A DNA stretch of 64,000 nucleotides, from contig OZ242296.1 in NCBI GenBank assembly GCA_965207735.1, positions 2,560,001 through 2,624,000 on the forward strand, read 5' to 3'. Below the pieces are notes generated by a model that ran no database searches, was not told the origin of the DNA, and was given only the letters and a program-made list of their open reading frames with translations. The position numbers were made by a program, and so were the translations under genes. This stretch comes from Candidatus Versatilivorator sp. GTDB taxonomy: Bacteria; Acidobacteriota; Terriglobia; Versatilivoradales; Versatilivoraceae. This document shows, piece after piece, positions 49,654 to 59,577 of the stretch. Every line of letters begins with the position of its first letter. The first letter of the stretch is position 1.

Positions 49654-50718
49654 TCAAAGGCGGATGTTATAGAAATAGGTGAACTGGAGGGTGAGACGGT
49701 CCTTCTTGAAAGCGTCGGGAAAGTTGGGCAAGGGCTCCGACAGCTTCAGGGAGGATATGGCCGAGCGGTCGTAGGGAGAAAAATTGGAGCTGCGCACGAC
49801 TTCCAGTTCTTCAAGACTTCCGTTTCTGCGAACGTCGAACACAATCACCACCACCCCTTTGAGGCCACTGCGATACGCTTGGGGAATCACCGAGTACCAG
49901 TTCTTGCGGACCCTGAAATAGACCGCCGTCAACCAGGGGCCGAAATTGACCCCCTGAGTATCCGAAAGGATGGTGGGCCGCTCGACCGAGAAATCGGGCT
50001 GGCGTCTGCCGAAGTCGGCCCCGGTGCGACCTTCACCCGGGCCTTCCCTGGCTTGCCGGCTACGGATACTCCGCCCTGCCTCGGAACCTGGCGCAGTCCC
50101 TCCAGGGAGCCGCAATCCCGCGTAGAGATCCTTCAGGCTGGACTTGAGACCCTTCCCCTCGGGGGTAGCGGCAAGGGGGCTGGATGACTCGATACTGCCG
50201 GCTTTCTTGCGGCTGGGTCCCTCGGCTTGCCCATCGGTTTCCGCGCTCAACGACGGTTGAGGGTCGGGAAGCGATGTTTGGGGGGGTTGGGGATCGGTGG
50301 GTTCCGGCTTCGGGTCCGGAGGTCCGGGCTCCTCGGCGATCGCGGGTTTTTCTGCCTGCTTCAGGCCGGGGTCGGGTTCGGGAACCCGAAGAGCCTCGGC
50401 GGTGCGAGGCCGAGACATCCGGCTTTTCTCAGGAACATTCGGCCTGACAGGAGGCGGCGCCCGCAGGACTTTTTCATATTCCCTGGGAAGAGCCAGAAAC
50501 CCCAGCCGCTTGGCCCTATCCTGATCCGGTGTTTCGGGAGGATCGGGTTGAGACAGGATGTCGGGGCCCAATGCCACCCAGATGACAAGCAGCAGGTGAG
50601 CGACGAGCGACATCAGAAAAGCTTCACGACTTCGCTGACCGGTTTTCTCGCCGGGAGCTGGCGAGAGCAACCAACGCGGTTCGTCCTTTTTCATGATTCG
50701 GAAGGTGGGGCCGACCAC
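49654..50718 (-). CDS. TonB/TolA-like protein (TM anchor, Pro-rich linker, TonB C-terminal domain)
   Basis: SLVAHLLLV anchor (SxxxH); Pro-rich region; VRKNW..GVVVIVFDV..RSS..YDRSA. Confidence 0.82.
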   Translation of the reverse strand: MVGPTFRIMKKDEPRWLLSPAPGEKTGQRSREAFLMSLVAHLLLVIWVALGPDILSQPDPPETPDQDRAKRLGFLALPREYEKVLRAPPPVRPNVPEKSRMSRPRTAEALRVPEPDPGLKQAEKPAIAEEPGPPDPKPEPTDPQPPQTSLPDPQPSLSAETDGQAEGPSRKKAGSIESSSPLAATPEGKGLKSSLKDLYAGLRLPGGTAPGSEAGRSIRSRQAREGPGEGRTGADFGRRQPDFSVERPTILSDTQGVNFGPWLTAVYFRVRKNWYSVIPQAYRSGLKGVVVIVFDVRRNGSLEELEVVRSSNFSPYDRSAISSLKLSEPLPNFPDAFKKDRLTLQFTYFYNIRL

Positions 50719-51695
50719 TGCCGCCGGTGAGGGAGCGAGAGCAAACTGGCGTGCTCCTGAATCCTTGTGGCCACTCCATGAGCCAGAGCCAGGGCCGCCC
50801 GGCTGCTTTCGGCCGAGACCTCCGGCGGCCTCCGGGTCCGAACAGATTGCAGGAAGGATTCCAATTCGGCCCTGAGCGGTTCCGTCCTTTCCGTCTCGAT
50901 CCTGCGAGGCAGAATGAGGGGAGGTTCACCCGCCGGTCGATTCTCGACACTCAGCACCACCACATCCTGCCGCGAGAAATCCAAGGATATGTATTGGTTC
51001 TTCTGAAAGAAGCGCAGCTTTCGCACCTTTTCCGTACTCACCCGGCTGGCGGTCACGTTGGCGACGCAACCATTGGCAAACTCTATTCTAGCGTTGGCGA
51101 TATCCACTTTGTCGGTAAGGATGGGCAAACCGACGGCACTCACTCGTTCCACAGGGCTGCGCACGAAGTCCAGAACCAGATCCAGGTCGTGAATCATCAG
51201 ATCCGAAACCACATCGATATCCAGGCTGCGCGCGGCAAAGACCCCCAGACGATGCACTTCGAAGAAGAGGGGAGTCGTCAACAACTTTCGGGCTGCCACC
51301 ACGGCAGGATTGAAGCGCTCCAGATGGCCTACTTGCAGGACGCGGCCATGCTGGTTCGCGGCTTCGATCAAGGCATCGGCCTCCGCCAGCGAGGAGGCAA
51401 TCGGCTTCTCCACCAGCACATCGACTCCCCGGGTCAACAGGTCTATGCCGATCGATGCATGCTCCCGGGTAGGGGTGGCCAGGCTCACGGCGGAGACTTC
51501 GCCCGACAGAGCCCGGTAGCTGTCGTAAGCCCGGGTGGAAAATTCGGCGGCAACCGCTCGGGCCGTCTCCAGGTTCTTGTCCACCACTCCAACGAGCTCA
51601 ACGTTCTCCAGCCGCGAGAGAACCCGCACATGCTGCCGTCCGAGGTAGCCCGTTCCGATGACCGCCGCCTTGACCTTGTCCATAGGCAGGTACAC
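50691..51695 (-). CDS. Gfo/Idh/MocA oxidoreductase (GnnA-like)
   Basis: GTGYLG, VLVEKP, GHLERFNP and DLMIHDLD; located in the lpx operon. Confidence 0.85.
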   Translation of the reverse strand: MYLPMDKVKAAVIGTGYLGRQHVRVLSRLENVELVGVVDKNLETARAVAAEFSTRAYDSYRALSGEVSAVSLATPTREHASIGIDLLTRGVDVLVEKPIASSLAEADALIEAANQHGRVLQVGHLERFNPAVVAARKLLTTPLFFEVHRLGVFAARSLDIDVVSDLMIHDLDLVLDFVRSPVERVSAVGLPILTDKVDIANARIEFANGCVANVTASRVSTEKVRKLRFFQKNQYISLDFSRQDVVVLSVENRPAGEPPLILPRRIETERTEPLRAELESFLQSVRTRRPPEVSAESSRAALALAHGVATRIQEHASLLSLPHRRQWSAPPSES

Positions 51696-51750
51696 TCGCT
51701 TGCGTCAAGCCTGAGGCCGACACGGCGCCGCTCCCCTCGGACTCGTCCAG

Positions 51751-52575
51751 TTAGTCTTGGGGATCGAAGGCAACGATGGCAATCCCATGCCGATCTGCAA
51801 CCCTAATCAGTTCCGCTCGATCGAGGAGCAGTGTCTTACGCGCGTCGATTGCCAAAGCCGACGCATGGACCTCAGCCATCAGCCGAAGGGTGGGCACCCC
51901 GACAACCGGAACGTCAAAGCGCATGTCCTGCCGGGGCTTGCTGACCTTGATCACGGTCACCCGCTGATTGCCGGTAAGGCCGGCGGCCCGACGAATGGTG
52001 GCGTCGGTGCCTTCCATGGCTTCCACCGCGACACAAGCCTGGTCCCTGACCACCACCGATTGACCGATATCCATTCGAGCCATCTCCTTGGCAATCCCTC
52101 GACCGTAGTGAATGTCTCTGATCTCCGTATCGTTGGGAGGCCGTCTGGTCAGCACCCCGGCCTCAGGAATCAGCGGTTTCAGGAAAGCCGTGGAATCGAT
52201 CAAGTGAATCCCTTCCTGCTCAAGGACGTCCGCGACTGCTCCAATTAAGGAGTCGGTGTTCCTGGAACCCAAGCTCATCAAGAGTTTCAAGAGCTTTCGG
52301 TCCGGCACGATCGAACTGAAGATCTGCTTGTGCTGGACCTGACCCGCCATCAATGCCCGATCGACGCCTTCCCTTTTCAAGAGCTCAATGAGCTTCCCAA
52401 GCTGGCCCAGGCCGATCCAATGGGTCTTGAAGCCTGAATCGGCAATCCGCGGAAAGGCTTCTTCCTTGATGGCCACCACCACCACATCCACGCGCAGACT
52501 GCGCGCGGCCTCCAGCACCAGGAAAGGGAATTGGCCATTGCCGGCAATGAGGCCGTAGCGGCGCCGGTTCTGCAT
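51751..52575 (-). CDS. lpxI: UDP-2,3-diacylglucosamine diphosphatase
   Basis: GLIAGNGQFP, DIGQSVV, AVEAMEGTD and QDMRFDVPVVG motifs. Confidence 0.93.
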   Translation of the reverse strand: MQNRRRYGLIAGNGQFPFLVLEAARSLRVDVVVVAIKEEAFPRIADSGFKTHWIGLGQLGKLIELLKREGVDRALMAGQVQHKQIFSSIVPDRKLLKLLMSLGSRNTDSLIGAVADVLEQEGIHLIDSTAFLKPLIPEAGVLTRRPPNDTEIRDIHYGRGIAKEMARMDIGQSVVVRDQACVAVEAMEGTDATIRRAAGLTGNQRVTVIKVSKPRQDMRFDVPVVGVPTLRLMAEVHASALAIDARKTLLLDRAELIRVADRHGIAIVAFDPQD

Positions 52576-52719
52576 CAGGACTTCCTTGGGGGAAGTTCTC
52601 AGACCGGCCGGGGCTTGGTCGTCACCGGACATGGGATTCACCGAAAGCCTCTCTACGGCTCCGGGCAGCATCGTCCGGGGCGTTCCGGGGAATGGGAAGG
52701 AGCGTCAAGCGCTCCCGGA

Positions 52720-53496
52720 TCACTTGATGATTCCCCGGTCACTGGTCTGAATGAAATCGATTAGTGCCTGCACTTCCGAGTTGCCGGAGAGGTCCTGCTT
52801 GAGTTGATCCAATGCCTGGGAGGTGTTGAGCCCCGATTGAAAAAGTACCCGATAGGCAGCCCGAATCGTCCTGATGGAATCGGCCGAGAATCCGCGGCGC
52901 TCCAGGCCGATGACGTTGACGCCATAGTTCTTGGCATCCCTGGCGCTCACCGTCTTGGAATAGGGAAGGACATCCTTGGTAATGACGGAGTAGCCACCTA
53001 CGAATCCGTAGATTCCCACCCTGCAAAACTGGTGAACCCCCGAAAAAGCCCCAACGGTAGCATGGTCGGCGACGGAGACGTGTCCTGCAAGCGTGGCTGC
53101 ATTGGCCAGCAGAACATGGTCTCCCAGGAAGCAGTCATGGGCAATGTGGCCGTAGGCCATGATGAAGTTGTGATTGCCAATCGACGTCCGTCCCCCTCCC
53201 CCGGCTGTGCCTCGATTCACCGTGACGTACTCCCGAAAGGTATTGTGGTCGCCGATGACCAGCTCGGTTCGTTCCCCGCCATACTTGAGATCCTGGGGTG
53301 GAAAGCCAATGGAGCAGAAGGGAAAGAAATGACAGTGGATCCCTATCCTGGTCGGCCCTTGAATGACGGTGTGGGCATCTACCCGACAATGGTCTCCCAC
53401 AACCACGTCGTCTTCCACGATCGCGTAGGGGCCGATGGACACCTCTTGGCCCAGAGAGGCCTTGGCGCTCACCACCGCCGTGGGGTGAATGCTCAT
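52720..53496 (-). CDS. lpxA: UDP-N-acetylglucosamine acyltransferase
   Basis: Hexapeptide repeats; PQDLKY, HIAHDC, LAGHV and VHQFCRVG. Confidence 0.96.
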   Translation of the reverse strand: MSIHPTAVVSAKASLGQEVSIGPYAIVEDDVVVGDHCRVDAHTVIQGPTRIGIHCHFFPFCSIGFPPQDLKYGGERTELVIGDHNTFREYVTVNRGTAGGGGRTSIGNHNFIMAYGHIAHDCFLGDHVLLANAATLAGHVSVADHATVGAFSGVHQFCRVGIYGFVGGYSVITKDVLPYSKTVSARDAKNYGVNVIGLERRGFSADSIRTIRAAYRVLFQSGLNTSQALDQLKQDLSGNSEVQALIDFIQTSDRGIIK

Positions 53497-53936
53497 TGAT
53501 TCCCCCGGTCCACAATCGTCGACAAGATCTCAGCTTCAGCCACCCGTACCCCATCCACAAAGGCTTCACCGCGCAGCTTTCCCAGCCGGGGCTTCAACCG
53601 TAGCACCTCCACCACCAGCTCCAGCCGGTCTCCGGGAACCACGGGCCGGCGAAATCGAGCCTTGTCTATTCCCGAAAAGTAGACCAGTTTCTTCTCTCGA
53701 TCCGGAATCTCCCGAAGCACCAGGACCGCTGCCACCTGGGCAATGGCCTCGATGATGAGGACCCCCGGCATGACGGGAGTCCCCGGGAAGTGGCCACTGA
53801 AAAAGGGTTCGTTCACCGTCACACTCTTGAGTCCGACGATTCTCTTGCCGGGTTCCAGCTCGCTGATCGCATCCACCAACAGGAATGGATAGCGGTGCGG
53901 AATGATCTTTTGTATCTGATTGGAATTCAAGAGCAT
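53493..53936 (-). CDS. fabZ: 3-hydroxyacyl-ACP dehydratase
   Basis: PHRYPFLLVD and GHFPGTPVMPGVLIIEA motifs. Confidence 0.97.
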   Translation of the reverse strand: MLLNSNQIQKIIPHRYPFLLVDAISELEPGKRIVGLKSVTVNEPFFSGHFPGTPVMPGVLIIEAIAQVAAVLVLREIPDREKKLVYFSGIDKARFRRPVVPGDRLELVVEVLRLKPRLGKLRGEAFVDGVRVAEAEILSTIVDRGNQ

Positions 53937-54059
53937 CGGTCTAACCCCGAGTCCAAGATCGCCCAGTCTGGGTGGGAAAAGAATATAGCACAGGCTTCCC
54001 AGGACTCTGAAGGGTACGAACCGGGAACATGGTTTGCATCACGCTCAGGAAGCGGGCAA

Positions 54060-54152
54060 GAGGCCTTGTGCAGGCCTCAAGAATCACTCCCCCTTGAGGG
54101 GACAAGGGCGCAGCCCGCAGTCGAGCCGGAGGGAGGCAAACACCCCCTCCCG
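54060..54152. repeat. REP-like multi-hairpin intergenic element
   Basis: Palindromes AGGCCTTGTGCAGGCCT, TCCCCCTTGAGGGGA and GGAGGG...CCCTCC. Confidence 0.5.
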
Positions 54153-54323
54153 TGATTGGATATCAGCCGGCCCGGACAGCGGCGCGTTGGCGGTGTCCTT
54201 GGAGGGATCGAGGGCATGCGGCCGGTCTCATGGCGCACACTCGGCCAATTGAAAAGGACACCACTCGGCCAGGGGGACGCGTTGTCCCCCTCCGGTGTGC
54301 TTGTCTTCCTGATGGACTGTCCG

Positions 54324-54905
54324 CTATTGGGCGGGTGGGGGAGTGGCCGGGGGACTGCTGGGGGAGGTCTGGGACAGGTTATACCGCTTGACAATGTCCG
54401 CGGTGATGTCCACCGAGCTGGCACTGAACAGAACCTGGCTGTTCTGGCTGGATGAATTCAGAATCAGGTAGAAGTTGTTCTCGCCCGCATATTTTTGAAC
54501 CTCGGCGAGTATCTTTCTGCCGACCCTGTTGTAGATTTCGGTCCGCAGTTGATTCAACTCCCTTTGAGCATCTTCGTTAGCCCGCTGAAAATCAATCTGC
54601 TTTCTTTCCAGGTTTCTGCCGAGGGCCGCCTGCGCCTCCTGGTTCAAAGTGGCTCCCTGGCGTTGAATTTGAGCCTGAAGATCCTGGATTTCCTTCTGCT
54701 GCTTGGCCAACTCTTGCTGTTTGGCATCTGCCTTCTTCTGCAGATCGGCCATGGCGCTCTTTCCCTCCTCCGACTCGAATATGGCGCGGTCGACCTGGAG
54801 GACTCCCACCTTTACCATCTCCTGGCCCTGGACCTGCAACGGGCCGATCAGACCAAGTAGAAGAACGGACAAGAATGCGGCGATCCCTCGATGCTTCCTG
54901 ATCAT
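54324..54905 (-). CDS. skp: OmpH/Skp periplasmic chaperone
   Basis: Signal peptide, KVGVLQV, long coiled coil, VDITADIVK; position between bamA and fabZ. Confidence 0.9.
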   Translation of the reverse strand: MIRKHRGIAAFLSVLLLGLIGPLQVQGQEMVKVGVLQVDRAIFESEEGKSAMADLQKKADAKQQELAKQQKEIQDLQAQIQRQGATLNQEAQAALGRNLERKQIDFQRANEDAQRELNQLRTEIYNRVGRKILAEVQKYAGENNFYLILNSSSQNSQVLFSASSVDITADIVKRYNLSQTSPSSPPATPPPAQ

Positions 54906-55006
54906 GACACACAGACTCCTTAATCGCTGTTTATGCGTTGCTCAACACAAATGATACTGCCCTAGCTTACCAGTCCTTTCTCTATTTTTGAAGGGACTCG
55001 GTAATT

Positions 55007-56758
55007 CTATTCAGCCACGACCAGGGGAAGATCGACCGGCACGGCCACCAGGAACCCCCCGGTGCGCTCGGTGCTGGTTATCAAAGCCACCGCAATCATG
55101 GGCTGGGCCGTGGGAGAATCGATCTCCAGTGGGCCGAAACTGCTTCCCAAACCAAGGTCGCCGAGAACATCGTCGGTAACGTGAAAACCATTGGGTGGAA
55201 TCTGGATGCCACCCATCAGACCGGTCTCTTCGCCGGTCTCCCTGTCCCTGGCCCGAATACGGGCGGCTGCGCTGAGGCCGCCCAGGTTCATGATGACCAG
55301 CTTGGTCCGGAAACGTCCCTGGTTGGTGGATGAGCTGAGCAGCAGTCTGGGCGAACCCTGAGAAACCCCGACCTGCAGGGACGGATCCTGCGTTTCGTTG
55401 TCGATCAGGGAAACAAAGCTGTTGAACGGCCGGTCCGAAATCACGCGCAGCGAGCCGGAGGTGTCGGTGACTGCGCTGGCCCGCATCGCGAACCTCAGGA
55501 CATTGTTGATTTGCAGGAACCCCCGTGGTCCGACCGTGGCCGTGCGTTCCCGGCTGCTCATCCCCTCCTGATTTGCCCAGCTTATGGAAACCGTGGCTTC
55601 CTGTTCGTCCAGGTTGCGGATTCCAAGATTGGTCCGAAACTGCGAGGTGTCCGAGACCAGGGGGAAGTGATTGACGAATCCCATGGACACGATTTCGATG
55701 GTATCGCGGGTGGGGTTGGCCACCAGAAGGGTGTTGTTGTTGGGATTGACCGAAACGTGAGTGGGATTGGCGCCCACGAAAATCGACGAGGTGGTGAGCT
55801 TGCGCAGGGTAGTCGGATCGATCAGACCGAACGTTCTTGTCTCGGGCAACAGGGCAGCGACCATCCCGGTCTTGGGGTTGATGGCGACGGACCCTGGAGC
55901 GGTGTTCAAGGGCACCAGGCCCGCCAGAGTGGAAGGAATGCCGGAGGTGTCCAGCACGGCAATGGCCCGGCCAGGGCCAACGGCAACCGCGGCAAATTCG
56001 AGTTCGGAGCTTATCGCAACTTCCAGGGGCCCACTGCCCAGGAAGATGCTGCCTACCACGGTGGCAATTTTCCGTTCGAGGTTGTAACGGACCATCTGCA
56101 GGCTGGCGTCGCCGTGAGTGGCCACCAGGGCCAGGTCGTTTTTCTGGTCGTAAGCGACGCTGATGGGGTTGGCCCCGACGGGGATCGGCGCCGGCAACAC
56201 CGGGGTATTGGTGTCGAGATCCAGCAACTCGACGCTGTTCCCGTTCACCAGAGCGATGACGGCAATGTTGTTGTCGGTGTCAATGGCGACGCTCCGGGGT
56301 AAAGACCCGGCCGTTCCGACCGGAACCACGGCTTCGGTGGCCAGGCACTCATTGTCGATGTCCTCGTCGTCATCAGCGCTGGCCAAGCACGCATGATTAA
56401 GATTGACGATGGAGACGTTGTCGCTCCCGGTATTGACAACCACCGCCTTTCCCGTGGTTTCGTTCACCGCCACCACTTGGGGCGATGCCACCGACATGGG
56501 TCGGCCCTCCTCATCCAGGAAGGGATCGCCGTTGCCATCCACATACAGTGGGATTCTCTTGTAGGTAGGAGCCGCCTTGCTCAGGTTGACCACGTATAAC
56601 TCCCTCGAGTTGCGACCCACCACCAGAGCCTGATTGGTGGCCGGCCTCACCAGCGAATAGACCGGAAAGGTCCCGGGAGAAAAAAGCACCTCTTGTGCCC
56701 GCCCGCCCTGAGGGGCGCACACCAGCAGCAACACCAGGAAAACGAAGAAATGCTTCAT
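55007..56758 (-). CDS. Exported YVTN/YncE-like beta-propeller protein with C-terminal beta-sandwich domains
   Basis: Repeats such as IPVGANPISVA, IFVGANPTHVSVNP and LGSGPLEVAIS; C-terminal FRTNLGIRN / FRTKLVIMN duplicated domain. Confidence 0.8.
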   Translation of the reverse strand: MKHFFVFLVLLLVCAPQGGRAQEVLFSPGTFPVYSLVRPATNQALVVGRNSRELYVVNLSKAAPTYKRIPLYVDGNGDPFLDEEGRPMSVASPQVVAVNETTGKAVVVNTGSDNVSIVNLNHACLASADDDEDIDNECLATEAVVPVGTAGSLPRSVAIDTDNNIAVIALVNGNSVELLDLDTNTPVLPAPIPVGANPISVAYDQKNDLALVATHGDASLQMVRYNLERKIATVVGSIFLGSGPLEVAISSELEFAAVAVGPGRAIAVLDTSGIPSTLAGLVPLNTAPGSVAINPKTGMVAALLPETRTFGLIDPTTLRKLTTSSIFVGANPTHVSVNPNNNTLLVANPTRDTIEIVSMGFVNHFPLVSDTSQFRTNLGIRNLDEQEATVSISWANQEGMSSRERTATVGPRGFLQINNVLRFAMRASAVTDTSGSLRVISDRPFNSFVSLIDNETQDPSLQVGVSQGSPRLLLSSSTNQGRFRTKLVIMNLGGLSAAARIRARDRETGEETGLMGGIQIPPNGFHVTDDVLGDLGLGSSFGPLEIDSPTAQPMIAVALITSTERTGGFLVAVPVDLPLVVAE

Positions 56759-56794
56759 GAAGGAGTGTCCTTGTATGACAGTCTGCCGGAGGAT

Positions 56795-59503
56795 TCAGAA
56801 GGTCCGACCCACCGAGAATTTAACGTCGCTACGCTTTTCGAAAACAATGGGAATCGAGGCGGCTCCGGTCGGATTCGGCACAAACTCGTTGAACCGCAAG
56901 GGATTGTATCCAAAAATCAAACGGAAGGGGGCATTGACCACCGGCATGATGATCTGAAGCTCGACCCCCGTGCTGGCCCTCCACTTGTCGGTCCCCGGAA
57001 TGACCTGCACTTCTTCCCCGGCTCGGACGGGCCGGAAGTCCCCATCCTCCAGCACCACCAGCCCCGCGGTGGAATTATCGGCAATGGTCAGGGCCGCCCG
57101 CCTCATCACCCAGGATCTTCCGATATCGAAAAAGGGCGCCAGCGTTACCGGACCCATGATCGGAATACGATACTCCAGGTTGTAGACCACCTGGGTATCT
57201 CCGCCCACGAACTGAAAGCTGCTGAAATAGCGGGGTTCCTGCCTCACCAGATTCTGACCCGTAAGGGGATCGATCTGGGGGGTGCCGTCCGGATTGAGCA
57301 CGGGCACCGTTTCCGTCCTCTCGAAGGTCGTCAGGGCCAGCGGGCTGATGAGGCGAATGTCGAAACCGCGAATGCTGTCCTCGCCTCCGATAAACTGCCG
57401 GTCGAAGACGGGAGGCTGCAGACCGTCGAAACCGCTGACAAAGGAGTACAAGCCGCGCATGCCGATGGTGTTTCTGCCCTTGTTGACCGGCTTGAACCAC
57501 TTGGCTTCCACCGTGGGCCGTACGATGTTGGCTCCTCCCCTCAGCACCGGCCCCCCGGTGAACTGCAGGAACAGGGACAAGCTCTTGCCCCTGGTGGGCT
57601 GAAAGGGGTTGTCGACGGTGTTGTAGGTGAGCGACGGGGTGACGGTGCTGCGCACCAGCCCCTCGAAAGCCGTGCGGCCGGAGAATCGATCGGCGGGCCA
57701 GAGTGCGCCGAAGAAGGACTCGTTATCATCGGAGCTGAACCCGGTCGAGGACTTGTCCAATCCGTAGCTGATGCCGAAGTGGGTGAAGGGACGGACCGGG
57801 TAGCTGGCGAAAGTGGTGAACCCGGTGCTGTTCTGGGAGAACAGCTCCGACCCCAGCGGCACCAACCCGCTGAAAAAGCCCAGCGTGTCGGCTTCGTGAA
57901 AGCTGTAGCGTCGATGGAACACCGTAAATCCCGTGGTCAAGGGCCGATCGCGGAAGTAGGGTTCGGTGAAGCTGAAGACATACTGGGAGGCTCGAGTCCC
58001 CCCTTGGGCCTGGATGCTGATGGACTCACCGTGACCCATGAAGTTGTTGGTGGAGTAGCCGGCGCCGATGAAACTGCCGCCAAAGCCGCTGGTGCCTCCT
58101 GAAAAGGAGACCGAATTCTTGCCCTTTTCCTTTACCTTGAGGACGACGTCGACCTGGCCGGTCTTGTCGTCTCCGGCCGTGGGATCGGGCTTGATCTCCG
58201 CGTCTTCCTCGGCCTTGAGCTGGTCGAAGTAGCCCAACTGGTTCAACCTCAGGACGCTCACGTCCCACAACTGCGTGTTGAATATCCCGCCCTCGTACAC
58301 CAGTACTTCCCGCCGGATCACCTTGTCCCTGGTGGTGGTGTTGCCCACGAAGTCCATGCGCCTCAAATAAAACTGCCGGCCTTCTTCAAAGTCGAAGACG
58401 ACGTTGACCACCTTGTTGACCTCATCCACTTCCTGCCGCGGGATTGGAGTCCAATTGATATAGCCCCTGGAGCCATAAATCTTCTTGAGGTTCTCAAATC
58501 CCTCCCGGATCAACTCTCCGTTGAAGACCTCGCCTTCCTTCATGCCAAGCACCCTCAAAAGGATCTTGTCTTCGAACAGGGTATTGCCGGTGAACTGCAG
58601 GTCGCCCACCCTGTACTGATCGTTCTCCTCCAGGTCGACATCGATGAAGACGCGCTTCGCCGTCTTGCGCCTGAAGGGAATCGGAAACCATGACCACCGT
58701 TTCACGTCCCGCACCTCGACCCTGGGCTCCTTGATCAGGAGCTTGATGTGGCCCTTCTCGTGGTATTTGGCGCGGACCCCCAGTTCCAGCGACCCCTCGA
58801 GCCTGCGCATCTCATACTTGGACTTGCCGGTAAAGAAAGAGATGAGGCCGGTCTCCTTGATGAACTTCATCGAACTGCGCAGTTCCTTGTCCGAGTAGAC
58901 GCTGTTGCCGTGAAAGTCGATCTTCTCGACCTTGACCTTGGGGCCTTCCACGATCACAAAGGTGAGAAGCTTGGAGTTGGGCGGGACATCCTCCGTCTTG
59001 TAGCTGATCTCGGCGTACTGGCGGCCCTTCTCGGCCAACAGATCCGTCAAGACCACGATGGCTCGTTGAATCTTGGTGGGATCGAAGGGAGTTTCGATCC
59101 CGACACCCACCTTTTCTTCCTGGTATTTCTCCAGCACCTCGGTCTGGGTGGCCGATTTCAATCCCTCATATTCGATGCTCCGGATCATGGGCCGTTCCTG
59201 CACATAGATGATCACGATCTTGCCGCGCTCGCCGTCCTCCAACTCGAACCGAACGTCGTCAAAGTACCCCGTCTCCCAAACGGTTCGATAGTCGCGCCGC
59301 AGCAACGCCGGATCCAGAAAGTCGTTGGGCTTGGAGAGAATGTGGAATTTGACCGTTTCCTGGGGAACTCTCCTGGTTCCTCTGACTTCTATGTTTTCAA
59401 TCACTTCTTTCTTCTGAGCCCACGCCGCTCCCTGCCATCCGCTCAGCGCCAGCAGGAGCGCCACGCACGCAACGAGGAGATTCTTACCCATTGCTGCCTC
59501 CAC
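56795..59503 (-). CDS. bamA: Outer membrane protein assembly factor
   Basis: POTRA repeats (GNTTTRDKVIRRE), FTEPYF, GGEDSIRGF, terminal FSVGRTF. Confidence 0.95.
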   Translation of the reverse strand: MEAAMGKNLLVACVALLLALSGWQGAAWAQKKEVIENIEVRGTRRVPQETVKFHILSKPNDFLDPALLRRDYRTVWETGYFDDVRFELEDGERGKIVIIYVQERPMIRSIEYEGLKSATQTEVLEKYQEEKVGVGIETPFDPTKIQRAIVVLTDLLAEKGRQYAEISYKTEDVPPNSKLLTFVIVEGPKVKVEKIDFHGNSVYSDKELRSSMKFIKETGLISFFTGKSKYEMRRLEGSLELGVRAKYHEKGHIKLLIKEPRVEVRDVKRWSWFPIPFRRKTAKRVFIDVDLEENDQYRVGDLQFTGNTLFEDKILLRVLGMKEGEVFNGELIREGFENLKKIYGSRGYINWTPIPRQEVDEVNKVVNVVFDFEEGRQFYLRRMDFVGNTTTRDKVIRREVLVYEGGIFNTQLWDVSVLRLNQLGYFDQLKAEEDAEIKPDPTAGDDKTGQVDVVLKVKEKGKNSVSFSGGTSGFGGSFIGAGYSTNNFMGHGESISIQAQGGTRASQYVFSFTEPYFRDRPLTTGFTVFHRRYSFHEADTLGFFSGLVPLGSELFSQNSTGFTTFASYPVRPFTHFGISYGLDKSSTGFSSDDNESFFGALWPADRFSGRTAFEGLVRSTVTPSLTYNTVDNPFQPTRGKSLSLFLQFTGGPVLRGGANIVRPTVEAKWFKPVNKGRNTIGMRGLYSFVSGFDGLQPPVFDRQFIGGEDSIRGFDIRLISPLALTTFERTETVPVLNPDGTPQIDPLTGQNLVRQEPRYFSSFQFVGGDTQVVYNLEYRIPIMGPVTLAPFFDIGRSWVMRRAALTIADNSTAGLVVLEDGDFRPVRAGEEVQVIPGTDKWRASTGVELQIIMPVVNAPFRLIFGYNPLRFNEFVPNPTGAASIPIVFEKRSDVKFSVGRTF

Positions 59504-59577
59504 AACACGGCTGAATGAGAGAGTGCATCTTTGCCGGAAGCCCTTGGAAACGAATGTAGGATGCAGATTGGCGGGAA

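Noticed and set aside
53937-54323. Possible rnpB, tmRNA, SRP or 6S RNA, or lpxD remnant, in the skp-fabZ gap
   Set aside because: No diagnostic motifs or hexapeptide repeats found; only REP-like hairpins
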